Shown: positions 1-11,837 of the stretch, piece after piece | How positions within the stretch are numbered: the first letter of the stretch is position 1 | Layout: every line of letters begins with the position of its first letter | Origin: Chiloscyllium plagiosum | Lineage: Eukaryota | DNA length: 64,000 nt | Assembly: GCF_004010195.1 (NCBI RefSeq) | Contig: NC_057720.1 | Span: forward strand, 35,938,571 to 36,002,570 | Direction: 5' to 3' | Position numbers and translations under genes: made by a program | The notes under the pieces: generated by a model | Told to the model about the DNA's origin: nothing | The model's input: only the letters and a program-made list of their open reading frames with translations | The model's database searches: none

Positions 1-767
1 TCCATACCCCCCACCAACCCAACCTCCACTCCCGGCACCTTCCCCTGCAACCGCCGGAGGTGCAAGACTTGCGCCCACACCTCCCCCCTCACTTCCCTCC
101 AAGGCCCCAAAGGAAACTTCCATATCCGCCACAGATTCACCTGCACCTCCACACACATCATCTATTGCATCCTCTGCACCTGATGTGGCCTCCTCTATAT
201 TGGGGAGACAGGCCACTTACTTGCGGAGCATTTCAGAGAACACCTCTGGGACACCCGGACCAACCAACCTGTGGCTCAACACTTCAACTCCCCTCCCACT
301 CCACCAAGGATATGCAGGTCTTTGGACTCCTCCATCGCCAGACCACAACAACACGACGGTTGGAGGAAGAGCGCCTCATCTTCCGCCTAGGAACCCTCCA
401 ACCACAAGGGATGAACTCTGATTTCACCAGCTTTCTCCCCCCATCTTGTCTCCGTCAAATCCCTCGAGCTCAGCACTGTCTTCCTACCTGCAATCTTCTT
501 CCTGACCTCTCTGCCCCCACCCCACTCTGACCTATCACCCTCACCTTGACCTCTTTCCACCTATCGCATTTCCAACTCCCTTCCCCCAAGTCCCTCCTCC
601 CTACCTTTTATTTTAGCCTGCTGGACACACTTTCCTCATTCCTGAAGAAGGGCTTATGCCCGAAACGTCGATTCTCCTGTTCCCTGGATGCTGCCTGACC
701 TGCTGCGCTGTTCCCGCAACACATTTTCAGCTCTGATCTCCAGCATCTGCAGACCTCACTTTCTCCT
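1..767 (+). mobile_element. Penelope-like element 3' fragment: GIY-YIG endonuclease, pyrimidine-rich tail and hammerhead-bearing end
   Basis: Frame 1 reads PGTFPCNRRRCKTCAH...FTCTSTHIIYCILCT*CGLLYIGETG...FREH...PVAQHFNS, then frameshifts into RRLEEERLIFRLGTLQPQGMN. It has one stop and one frameshift. Confidence 0.9.
638..673 (+). ncRNA. Minimal type-I hammerhead ribozyme motif (PLE family A)
   Basis: CTGAAGA (642-648), extra A, stem II GGGC/TTAT/GCCC (650-661), GAAA (662-665), palindromic ACGT helix III, predicted cleavage after GTC (669). Stem I is attc/gatt. Confidence 0.75.
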
Positions 768-1460
768 CACAGTTAAATATAGAGACTGTCACCATGGAAG
801 GGATGTGTGGAAATGGGCTGTCAGTAGTGTGACATTAAAGGAAACATGGAAGTTCTGGGAGGATACTTGGTCACCAAATGTAGAGCAGTGTTGATGGTGT
901 CCACTATGATGTTGTTCCCTGCTATCAATTGCCATTCTGTTGACACAAAGTGCTACCAGAAAATGGTTGGTTCAACATCCTTTGTGGCCAGAATCAATGT
1001 CAGTTTGATGGGTGAAAATGTGGAAGTCATGTTTGCTTGATGCTAGGATATCGATAAACAAATACATTAAATAAACATTTGCAATCATTTCTTTGTCCAT
1101 TTGCTCTGCATGCAGAGTGGAGATGTTTAGGGGTGAAAGGTAATTTGCGCCATGCCATTTGTGCTTGCAAATTGAACACTGGCATCTCAGTGATAAGAAT
1201 TTAGGAGCAATGATGTACAAAAAAGGCCAAAGATGAACCATTGTTCATCAGCTTTCCAAAGGTGGTGGCACCATTTCTCCTCCTTTTGGCAGTTAATGGT
1301 GATCTGCACTGATAAGAACTTAGAAACCGCAGTAGACCCCAAGCTTGTTCCACCATTTAATGAGATCCTGGCTGACCTGTGGCCTAACACTCTATACATG
1401 TGGCTTTGGCCCAGTGGAAACAGTTTATCTTTATCTATCATGTCTTATTATGTCACCATC

Positions 1461-1615
1461 TTGCTGGAAAAGCACAGCCGGTCAAGCAGCATCTGAGCAG
1501 CAAGAGAGTCGACGTTTCGAACATAAACTCTTCATCCCTTGGATGTTGCTTGACTGGCTTTTCCAGCATTACACTTTTTGACTTTGATTTCCAGCATGTG
1601 CAGTCCTCACTTTCT
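1461..1615. mobile_element. Old fold-back PLE family A mini-element
   Basis: An inverted copy (gctggaaaagcacagc...gtcgacgtttcg) is followed by the forward end (ggatgttgcttgac...ttccagca...cctcactttct). Confidence 0.7.
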
Positions 1616-1705
1616 GCTCTGCTACTCTCTTAAAGACTGTGATCAGTTTCCCCTTAACCTTCTAAATTCAAGAGAAAATGGGCCTAATTTGTTTAACCTC
1701 TCCTC

Positions 1706-2100
1706 ATACCCTGACAGTTGCCATGACTACTACATCCTGGAGCACTCACTCAACACCTGGTGCATTTGACTGTCCAAATGCCTTATAACTATGGTTCTGG
1801 AGGACAAGAGCTACCCAGTGTGACCCTGGCTCACTGCACAACCCACTGACTGATGCAGACCTTAGACCAGAGCTCTGGTGCAGCAGTTTCATTGCTTGAG
1901 CTGGTGGTGTACTATAATTCAAACAGAGTGTATCACATCATCCTGGTGTGCTTTCCTGTGTACAACAAGGCACAGAGGAACTGGGGAAATGGGAGCTTCT
2001 GAAGGGAGGATGGGGACACTGGCGAGGGTGAAGCTGCACAATCCATGACAGAGCTCAGATTAGCGGCAGTATTGCAAGCCAGACTGACCTCATTGCTGCA
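1706..2100 (+). mobile_element. PIF/Harbinger (HARBI1-like) transposase remnant
   Basis: Motifs YPDSCHDYYIL, VLEDKSYPV*PWL and HIILVCFPVYN resemble PGS.HD..IL, LLGD.GYPL.PWL and II.AC..LHN. Confidence 0.65.
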
Positions 2101-3039
2101 CCCAGCTCTCATCGCTTGGAAGTGGGTGTCAGACTATCATGGACTGTAAAGTTGGCATTGGTGGTCATGCCAGAATTTGGTTTGTATGAAGTGTTGGTGA
2201 ACTTAAGCTACTATCAATTTTGTGTTCTCTTTAGCTATCTGGAAATGAGAGGTCATGTTTGGATTTATCCGATTTTTTTTTTTAATTTTTAAATTTTTTT
2301 TGCATTAGTGTACTGGAAAATTACAAGTTGTGGGTCAACAATGAGCACTGGTGACAGAGTAGCAGTAATCCAGAGGTTGTCCAGATGAGATATAGAGTAG
2401 AATGGAATAGTAATTTACTGTCACTTTGTATTTTTACAAAAAAATGCAGTGAAAAGTGTTTAAGTCACCATACTCTGGCACCTATATTAATAAGAGATCA
2501 TATATTAAAAAATTAAAACAAAGTCTATCTTTGTTAAAAAGCATGTAGCTATGGGTAGTTAACATATGTGGCGTGTTGGTTGACCAGCGGCAAGGTTGAG
2601 AGAATGAGACTATATGCAAAAGACTGTGAACAACACTGGCTATGAGCTGTGGGCAGCGTGGTTTTGTGGCTGCTATGCCATTATGTTGCTGGTGTAGATA
2701 ATGACAGTTTGGCAATGCTACTCCAGATGCACAGTGGCTTTTCAAACTGGCGCATATGCAAAGAATGCTGGTCCTTTGGTGGACATCTGCTGAATGTTTG
2801 TGTGTAACACAAGTGTTCAAATTTGTTCATTTTGTGCAGTATTTTTCTTTTTTATTCATGCGCTGGTAACTGGAAGGACACGGAAAGGTCTTAAAATATT
2901 CAGTATGGGCCGGGGGAGGGACAAACCAATGGAGGTAATGAAGGGATGCACATTGATTTGTATTCTTTGGAGCCTCTTGGGTCATTGGGGTGCCCTGCAG
3001 TATAATTGGGCAACTAGTAGAACCAAGCTGCTCCAGGCA

Positions 3040-3930
3040 CTACCGGATAACAAAAGTGATGCACTTCACTTAGATCACTTTAATTCGTAGCCACTTTACA
3101 ATCACATACGATGTTTTGGTATAATTTTGTGCCGAACAGAAAAATCAATTGACAGCAGTCGCTCAGTGCATTTCAATGCAAAGCGGCTGCAACACAGATA
3201 AGAAAACTGAAATAGCAGCTGGTCTGTAAAAGAGAGCACGTGTATCAGGAGTGATTTAGAAGTTAAGATGTAAGTAAATAAATTACCACAATAAAATATA
3301 AATAAATTTAAGAAGAAAAATTACCAAGAAGAAATAATTACAGAAATTCAAATGGGGAATTAACATAGGTTTGCTTTATTATAGAATATAGACTTATTAA
3401 ATGCAATAGATGCTGTAAAGTTTTTCTGTTAGTGTTGTAATTAGTTTTCAATCCCCCTTCGGAAACAAAATGGACATGTAATTAGCATAATAATTAGCTC
3501 TAATTGAGCTTCGGTAAATCTTCAGTACTGTTTTGAAACCTTTTATTTATTTTGGAATAAAATTAGCCATGCAGTTTTTTTTTGTATTCCTTTTAAAGCA
3601 AGCAAAATGATTCTGTGTCCTCCCCTTTTTTTTTGTACCTGCAATATCAATTAAATCTCGGTGAATATTTATATCAAAGCTGAAAATTGGACATTTCTGT
3701 TTCACAATTTGTGCTCAGCATCCAAATTGATTATTTACACCTTGGATTAGAGGCAGATTAAATCTCTCTCTGCTGTGAATTGGGAGTAAAATTTGTCTTT
3801 GACAGGAGCGAAACAGGCAATAAGGAATCAACACCTGGTTTACCTAGCTGGTACTTGTTCACAATTGTGTTTAATTTTGGCAGCATTGCCACAACTTAGC
3901 AAAATTATGCAGTAGATTGATTTGTGATCA
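3040..3930. promoter_or_regulatory. Candidate conserved non-coding element (enhancer-like)
   Basis: No TE signature. Clustered TAAT/TAATTA/GGATTA homeodomain-type sites and CAGCTG E-boxes. Conservation not verified. Confidence 0.4.
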
Positions 3931-5355
3931 GAAAATTACTTCTAAGACTAAGCACTCTACATCAGAACTATATTCATTGGAGTTTAGAAGAATAAGGGGT
4001 CCAGTGACTTGGTAATGGGGATACCAGCCTTCGAGAGTTATTTCAGTGGCAATGAAAGAAAAATACACCCCTGAAGAGATTTGCTCACAACAGACGTGTA
4101 TCAGTTGGGATAAGCATTTTTGGCACTTTGCAGCTATTTGGGAGGATTGACTCATTTTATCCTGCCATCGAAGACTAGGCCCAGTATGTGGAAAGAATGC
4201 GTTATTTTTTACAGACAAATGACATTGGAGTAGACGAAAAGGAACAAATAATTCTCAGCTGTTAGGAGCCTAACTTTGCTGGAGGCACCAGATACTAAAA
4301 CCTTGACAGGTTTAGCTAAGCAATAGAACGATCCCAATCCTCCTCTACTTCTGAGACGCTATCGGTTTTACTTGACAGTTCAAGAGCCAGGGAATTCATG
4401 GTTCAGATGACTGACAGAAGAATATGATTTTAGTTTAACCCTAAATGAGATGCTGAGAGACCATTTGGTATGTGGGAAAAATGATGTGACCATGCAAAAG
4501 CACCTTCTAGGTGAAGCCCAACTAGACTTCAGTCAGACACCCCTGCATCTGACTTTGTTGTTAGAAAATGCGGCAAGTGGAGCATATGAGTTACAGGACG
4601 TGCCAATGGAAGTGGACACCCTGGCCAGGCTGACTGAGTTTGGGGAACACCACTTGAGTGAAGGCAGTTGCATAGCCTCACTTGGGACATATCCTGAAAG
4701 GCACGACACTAGATCAGCCCACAGCAAAACCCAAAACAAAGCCAAACTTTTGCCAAACGGTTAAACTTTACTTGCGAATCTGGGCTGGCAGGCCATTGTT
4801 GTTGCTGCCAGTATACAACAACAAAAGAGTCCCAGTAGGCCTGAATTGAGTAAGAGAACTCATAGGTCAGTATCCAGGTGAGTGAACACCCTGGAAAGTC
4901 CACCTACAACTCATTTGGAACAGTTGGATTGTGTAGCAACATCTAAACCAGAATCAATCAAAATAACTCTGGTTAAATGGTCACTCAGTTCTCATGGAGA
5001 TTGGCACAGCTGTAGGGGTGATTGCAGAACTAGTCTTTAACAACATTTGCTCTGGACTCCAACCTTTAAGTTTGCCTAAGACCTCAGCCAGGCTGAGAAT
5101 CTCTACTGGGGAATCCCTACAGATTATGGATACAACTTCGGTTCCAGTTTTTATATGAAGCAGTAGGTTCAGTTACGACTGATTGTAGTAAAAGGCTCAG
5201 GCACAAGCTTGATGGGATGAAATTGGTTAAGAAAGACTCAGCTTGATTGGCTCAACATATTTTGATTGCAAAATGGCTGCCTGAATGAAGTCCTAATTAA
5301 ATATCCAGACCTTTTTCAGGAAGGTTTAGGGACTATCAAAGGAGCCACCTTAAAT

Positions 5356-5590
5356 AGAGTCATAGAGATGTACAGCACGGAAACAGACCCTTCAGTCCAA
5401 CCCATCCATGCCGACCAGATATCCCAACCCAATCTAGTCCCACCTGCCAGCACCCGGCCCATATCCCTCCAAACCCTTCCTATTCATGTACCCATCCAAA
5501 TGCCTCTTAAATGTTGCAATTGTACCAGCCTCCACCACTTCCTCTGGCAGCTCATTCCATACATGTACCACCCTCTGTGTGAAAAAGTTG
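5356..5590 (-). mobile_element. CR1 3'-end fragment inserted in Gypsy pol
   Basis: The (CTCTATGA)-type tail and CR1 3' sequence interrupt GATLN|VDQEAIP, with an AAT duplication on each side. Confidence 0.85.
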
Positions 5591-7398
5591 AATGTTGACC
5601 AAGAAGCAATTCCACAGAACGCTCAGTGCCTTTTGCCTGAAATGCAAAAGTGGAGGCGGAAATTAGGAGGCTGGAAAGGAAAAAAGAAACATCAAACCAG
5701 TCCAGTTTACAGAATGGGCAGCACCAGCTGTACTGACTGTGAAACCCAACAGGTCAGTTTGCCTTTTGGGGATTTCAAACAAATGGTGAACCGCTTTTTA
5801 CTGCTGGATAAATAACCTGTCCCTCATATAGAGGATTTATATGCAAAACTGGTGGGAGGCTGTCCTTCATGAAACTGGACATGAGCCATGTGTACCTGCG
5901 ATTGTGATTAGATGACGATTCCCAGAAGTGTGCGACAGTTAATACACATAAAGGTTTGTGTCAGTGTACGAGACTGCCTTTTGGGCTACCATCAGACTGT
6001 GCCATTTTACAGCAGTCGATGGAGAACATTTTACAAAGTTTACCCCAAGTTGCCACTTATCTGGATGACATGCTGATAACCAGGGTGACCAATAAAGGGC
6101 ATTTAGAGAAGTTGGATGGAGTGCTGAAAATGTTTCTCTCAGGTGGGCGTATGCCTTAGGAGGGGAAAATGTGTGTTCCAGACACCCAATTGGCCTACTT
6201 GGGCTATAGTGTCAACAATACCAGGTTACAACCATTGGAAGGTAAAGTATGGGCAACTAAAGATGCCTGGCTCCCATGTCTGTACCAGAGCTTAGGTCTT
6301 TCCTTCGGATGGTGAATTATTACAGAACATTTTTACATAACCTGATCTCCATCCTGGCACCATTACATTTGCTATTGAAAAAGGGTCAATATTGGAAATG
6401 GTCTTTAATGATTGTCCTGAGCAAAGGCCACCACCAGATACTGGCTGAACTTCACCAGGGTCATCCGGGGATTCCAAATTGAAGATGCTGGCAAGAAGAT
6501 GTCTGGTATCCAGGATTAGATGCCGACATAGCCAAATTGGTAGGGCAGTGCTCGGATTGCCAACAAGGACAAAATGTACTGCCAGCAGCTCACCTACATT
6601 CATGAGTGGCCAGGTATACCCTGGACGCTTTGACTATGCAGGTCATTTTCATGCAATCTCTATGGTTTTAGTCATTGTGGACACTCCTACAGAGTGGCTG
6701 AACGTGCATAGAGTTAATTTGTCAAACATGCCGACAACGATTGAAAGGTTGCGAGCATCTTTTGCAATACACGGACTAGTGGAGTTGTTGGTCACAGACT
6801 GCAGGCCATCATTTACTAGCAGGGAATTTGAGTATTTCCTAAAACCGAATAGCATTCGGCATGTAAGGACAGTTCCATACCATCCGTCGTCCAGTGGTCT
6901 AGTAGAAAGAGCAGGCCAAACTTTGAAGGCAGGCTTAAAGAAACAGCCTACAGCTTCACTTTATACCAAATTTGCCTGGTTCTATTTGACTATAGGACTA
7001 TCCCCTCCTGTAACTACCAGGATAGCTCCAGCAGCGTTGCTAATGCAGAGAAGAGTGAAACATCATCAGGAACGCCAATGCTAGACACAAGACTCCTCTA
7101 AGTGAGACAGGCAGTTTATTTTGGGAGATAAAGTTTTTGGTGTTGAAACCATAAGAATGGCTCTGCATGGGTAAAAGGTATGGTAGATGCGAAGCCAGGT
7201 TCTGACGCTTCGACTTCCTTACTGCCTGAAGATGAGTTTTGGTCGAGATGCTCTGGGTGCAAGAGTCTGGCTACAATCCAGCAGATGCTGCTAGAATCTG
7301 AGGCAGAATCTGAGGAACTGGACCTGGTGTGAAAACGCCCCAGGAGAAGCTACAGGATAAAGAATGGGCCAACAACCAAAGATTTAGAGGGAGAAGGA

Positions 7399-7630
7399 TG
7401 TACTGATTGGAACAATGTCAGCCAGGTGGATCTCATAGAGTATGAATTCCCTGATTGAACCAGGTTAACAGTCCAATTAGGGAGTCACGGCTGACATATA
7501 AACAGGAGTATCTGGGGTTTTGCTCACACCAGGAGATGGCTTTGAACTAGCTGGGTCATGTCATGTATTGTACACATATAAATAAAAGGAGATTTGGTGA
7601 CCGCGTACTTGCCTTCGTGGAGTTACTTCA
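7399..7630 (+). repeat. 3' LTR of the Gypsy element (232 bp, TG...CA)
   Basis: Follows the PPT and contains TATAAA and AATAAA. Its 3' end matches 4003-4045 and the solo LTR at 25362. Confidence 0.85.
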
Positions 7631-7635
7631 AAAAC

Positions 7636-7806
7636 ATTGGTTTCAAGAAGAACTTAGATGTAGTGCCCCAGGCTAAAGGATTCAAAGTATATGGGGAGAA
7701 AGTGCAAACAGGGGACTGAGTTGGATGAGCACATATGATCATGTTAAATGACACAGCAATCATTAAGGACTGAATGTCCTACTCTTGCTCCTATTGTCTC
7801 TGTTTC
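7636..7806 (+). mobile_element. Old CR1 3' end; the upstream part at about 3965-4000 is separated by the Gypsy insertion
   Basis: LYSLEFRRIRG-like DNA lies before the Gypsy element and a CR1 3' UTR lies after it. Confidence 0.6.
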
Positions 7807-7936
7807 TCTCTGGGTGAAGAAATTTCTCCTCATCTCAGTCAGATATCTGTTGCTTCCTTTTCTGGCTTCAGTTTGAATGTATTCTCTTCCGTAGGTGGCT
7901 ACTCAGCTATCAAGTTCCGAAGCTCTTTCCTTAAGT

Positions 7937-8266
7937 GGGCGGCACGGTGGCACAGTGGTTAGCACTGCTGCCTCACAGCGCCAGAGACCCGGGTTCAATT
8001 CCCGCCTCAGGTGACTGACTGACTGTGTGGAGTTTGCACGTTCTCCCCGTGTCTGCGTGGGTTACCTCCGGGTGCTCCGGTTTCCTCCCACCATCCAAAG
8101 ATGTGCAGGGTCAGGTGAATTGGCCATACTAAATTGCCTGTAGTGTTAGGTAAGGGGTAAATGTAGGGGTATGGGTGGGTTTCGCTTCGGCGGGTCGGTG
8201 TGGACTTGTTGGGCCGAAGGGCCTGTTTCCACACTGTAATCTAATCTAATCTAATCTAATCTAATC
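7937..8266 (+). mobile_element. Full-length HE1-like V-SINE (tRNA-derived)
   Basis: A-box TGGCACAGTGG, B-box GGTTCAATTCC, V-domain gtgtggagtttgcacgttctccccgtg, (TAATC)n tail and TSD TAAGT (7932-7936 / 8267-8271). Confidence 0.92.
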
Positions 8267-10924
8267 TAAGTCTTTGCATCTCTTCCTGTCTTTCCTTTTT
8301 AAGATGCTTTTTAAAAACGTACTTATTTGACAAAGCTTTTGATCATCTGCCTTATTTGGTTGTGTTGCAGTTTATTTGACAGTACAGCTAGGAAGGACAT
8401 TGGGTTGCATTATCATAGGAAAGATCCATATAGGTGCAGGTGGTTGTTTTTCCGTTTGGAGTGATTGTGCTCCTGCAATAATGTTGGGGAAGAAATTTGA
8501 CCTTTTATTGATGAAAGGACTGCAATGCCTGTCCAAACCAGGAGATTATGTGAATTGAAAGGGAACTCGAAGGTGCTCTAACTGCCCTGTCCTTTGTGGT
8601 GATCATGGTTACAAGGTTAGAAGATATTATTATTGTAACCTTAGTGATTTGCTGCAGTTCATTTTGTAGTAGGATATACAACACCAACAGTGCTTCAGGA
8701 AGGGTTGACTATGTAGTCCAGTCACAGAAAAAAGCATCAAGTTGACTCTCCACAGAGCGCTCAGCATCTATCCTGCCTATAAAAATCACATCATGATATG
8801 CTAGTTCAGTTAAGCTTTTGATCAGTTGTGGTAGATGGAATTTAACTTGTAAATTTATTAAAAATAAATGCAAGTAAATTCATTGGTTTCCTTTTGTGAT
8901 GATGGTTTTGAACCAGTATCCCAATAATTGAGATTTTATGTCCAACCATGACAGGTTTTGAAGTTGAATTTAATAGTTCTGGTGCAAAAAATATATTCAT
9001 CTGACACGGCAAACTGAGATATGTATCTATGTATTGGAATTCATGAAATTGTGTCTTGTTCATATGTACTGCATGTTACCTGATAGCTGAGAAGTCCAAA
9101 CTTTTAAGTTTGAGGAGAATGATTGAGGAAGCAGTTTTAGTATTGAGAGAAAACTGTGCATTGGGAGGAAAACAAAGTAATTTAATTCAGTACTTAATTG
9201 TGGTATAAAATGAATTGACACCAATTGTGTAGTGCAGTGGGATAGAAGAGAAATGATGATGGAGCATTTGTCTGCAGTCACAAGAAGACGAATAAACTGT
9301 CAGCATGTGACAATTTCAAACCAATAGGGAGCCAAAGCATGTGAGGATGAATATATGAGGACCAACGATTTTCTGTCATGAATTAGAGTTTAGCCAGAAG
9401 TAATAATTCACTTTCTTAGGTTACTTTTTAAAAAAAACTTTAAATATCTTGCTACTGACAGTCACTTCCAGCTTAATATCCTCCCAATATTCCTCCAGGC
9501 TACCTAGGGTCTTCTGTTATAAGTTGATTGGGCTGTAACATTCTGCACTGAAAATGTAATTAGGTTTCTGTTTCACTCCCAGACACAGATGGGGTAAAGA
9601 CTGTTGTTGGCAAGGAACCTTCCATGTGTTGTCTGATGTCAGCTATGTTCCATTTAGCATCAGTGCTTGTTTTCTTTCATCGCAATTCCTGTTCTGACCC
9701 ACTATTATTGGTAATGGTACTTAATTTTGTCATGATTAAACATCCCTTACTTTGAATTCTTATACATAACTGAATGAAAACAAAATCAGCACTTTTCTGT
9801 TTTGCTTACTTTTAACAATCTAATCCCCCAACTTGTACAATACCTACAAATAAATGTGAGCAGATTTCATTCTTTACATTTACGCACAAATAATTTCCTC
9901 CTTTTTATTTCTGTAAATAATAGTTATTGTATTTCTAACTGTGCCTTGGCCTCTGAGGTGACAGCAATGTTGACAGCCTCATACAATATTTATAGAGGCC
10001 TGGATGATGTTGGTGTGACCTTGGGGTCATTCAGTTAACTGTCGCACGCTTGGATTTTAATGGAATCAGTTGTCCACTACACTGGAGACTTCAACTTTGT
10101 CACTGCTGACAAAGTCCAACTAGGTTCCCCTTTAGTAACCAGTGTACCTTCCAGCTCATGCCTTTTAAAAAGACAGTAAAAACTCAAAACATTGTCTCCT
10201 TTCAAAATAAAGACCCTGATGCCAGATTTCATTAGTACATGTTGACAGCTGCCACGGAGTCAAATTTTCTATTTTCAGAGTCCTTAATGCCAAAATTCTA
10301 TTTCATGGGCACTGACATTTAGCACTGATGTGCTGCTCACAGACTTGTTATGATGCAGAAGAAAATAGCAAAAAAAATGCTTCACTGGTTAGAAATATAC
10401 AAGTGTTTCACAGCAAAACCTGTGCTCAGTCATCACCAGAGAATGACCTGAAGGAGCTCATCCATACAAAAACATTTCAAAATCCACCTCTTGGATGGAA
10501 GTGACAGATGAATTGGAAATGTTTGCAATATGACACAGTTTAGGAAATGGGTGGGGTTACATAATGTTTTTGGAGACTTATTCTAGCTATTTTTCTTAGT
10601 TTTAGCATTTTGGCACCATTCTTATAGGCAAACTTCCTAACTTCAACTAAACTGGAATACACTTTTCTCCTCCCTCCAAAAATCCTGATGCTGTGGAATC
10701 CTGATCCTACTCATTCAGCCTGCTTCTATTGTTCCAACTTTTTAAAAAAAAAACACAGCCTCACAGGCTGTTATTTTAGTGGCTTGAAGCAGACCGCTTC
10801 TCCATCTGTCTTAACCTCCCTTCATTTAAAAAAAGGACAAATCTTCTTAAAGACATGGTACTGTCACAAGCACTCCTACAATGCGAATATTGATGTTGGC
10901 CACCACTTACAGACTGGAAACGAT

Positions 10925-11050
10925 GAAGTGATGAAGGGCCTATGCCCGAAATGTCAATTCTCCTCCTCAGATGCTACCTGACCTGCTGTGCTTTTCCAGC
11001 ACCACACTCTCGACTTTTGATCTTGAGCATCTGCAGTCCTCACTTTCACC
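10925..11050 (+). mobile_element. PLE family A terminal mini-insertion with decayed hammerhead
   Basis: gtgatgaagggcctatgcccgaaatgtc plus the family A tail, flanked by CTGGAAA(C/A)GAT (10914-10924 / 11051-11061). Confidence 0.75.
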
Positions 11051-11837
11051 CTGGAAAAGATAAACTCCAAACTCTGCTCAAAGTATGTGCATGGTTAGTG
11101 TCAGTGAGCACAGTCTTTCCAGCAGACTGCCAGTGTACTAAATATTGAGTACATTACATCATTGTTCTTCTGTATACTGATCAACTGAAATCTTCACCTG
11201 AATCCCTTGCAGCAGAGCTCATATGACTTTGCTCGCTGGTGAATTGGAGCTAACTCTACCCTCTCCTTCTGCCCTGGATGCAGGCTAATCATGCTCAATG
11301 TCTCACTGCATGCAGATCTAATATCTACAGTACTTACTACAGTATGTACAGTGTCAGTATCTCGCCTGGTGGATACTGTTGGGAAAATCATCAGCTTATG
11401 ATTCCTCTTCCACTTTTGTGTTCCATTGTCTGGTCAGGCTGCAGTTCTTGAGTACCTGAAAGGAGAAATAAATAACAGGTAGATTTGCACCAGCTGTAAC
11501 TTATAAACAACTTGAGATGATGCTGAAATGGCCTTTGAGAAGGACAATTTGGTATATACATTCCATCACTTTCAATGCCGCTTTTGCCCACAGTCACCAA
11601 TTTGCCGCTCCAATTACGATGTGAATATCCTTTTATTGGACTAAGGGCATGCAACCATATATGTTCCTTCTGACTTAGGTTCTTAGCCATTGGTTGTTGC
11701 AATATTTCAGAGAACATAGTTTGAGTGATGTATGGTTGAGTGAACACCTGCAATGATTAAATAGGCTGTATGTAAAAGCTGTGAGATGTGAATTGGAGGC
11801 CTACAACAGTGAATACGTGTATTGAGAGTCAAGTATT

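Larger units (their letters stand above)
4003..7630 (+). mobile_element. Decayed Ty3/Gypsy LTR retrotransposon (gag-PR-RT-integrase)
   Basis: 5' LTR stub ends TTTCA at 4045 and is followed by a PBS-like GTGGCAATGA. Gag AQYVERMRYF and LRDHLVCG; RT TRLPFGL...YLDDMLIT; integrase LHQGHPGI, LVTDCRPSFTSREF, PYHPSSSGLVER. A PPT (agagggagaagga) precedes the 3' LTR. Confidence 0.92.

Noticed and set aside
60..530. 156-aa His/Pro-rich ORF as a novel gene
   Set aside because: It is an off-frame reading of a frameshifted Penelope GIY-YIG domain.
770..1440. Short overlapping ORFs as exons
   Set aside because: No recognisable protein motif or convincing splice pair; probably decayed repeat sequence.
6479..7084. 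201-aa ORF as a domesticated integrase
   Set aside because: It lies within a Gypsy element full of stops and frameshifts, and the catalytic-region motifs are degraded.
7937..8010. tRNA gene
   Set aside because: The A and B boxes belong to an HE1 SINE head that continues into the V-domain and tail.
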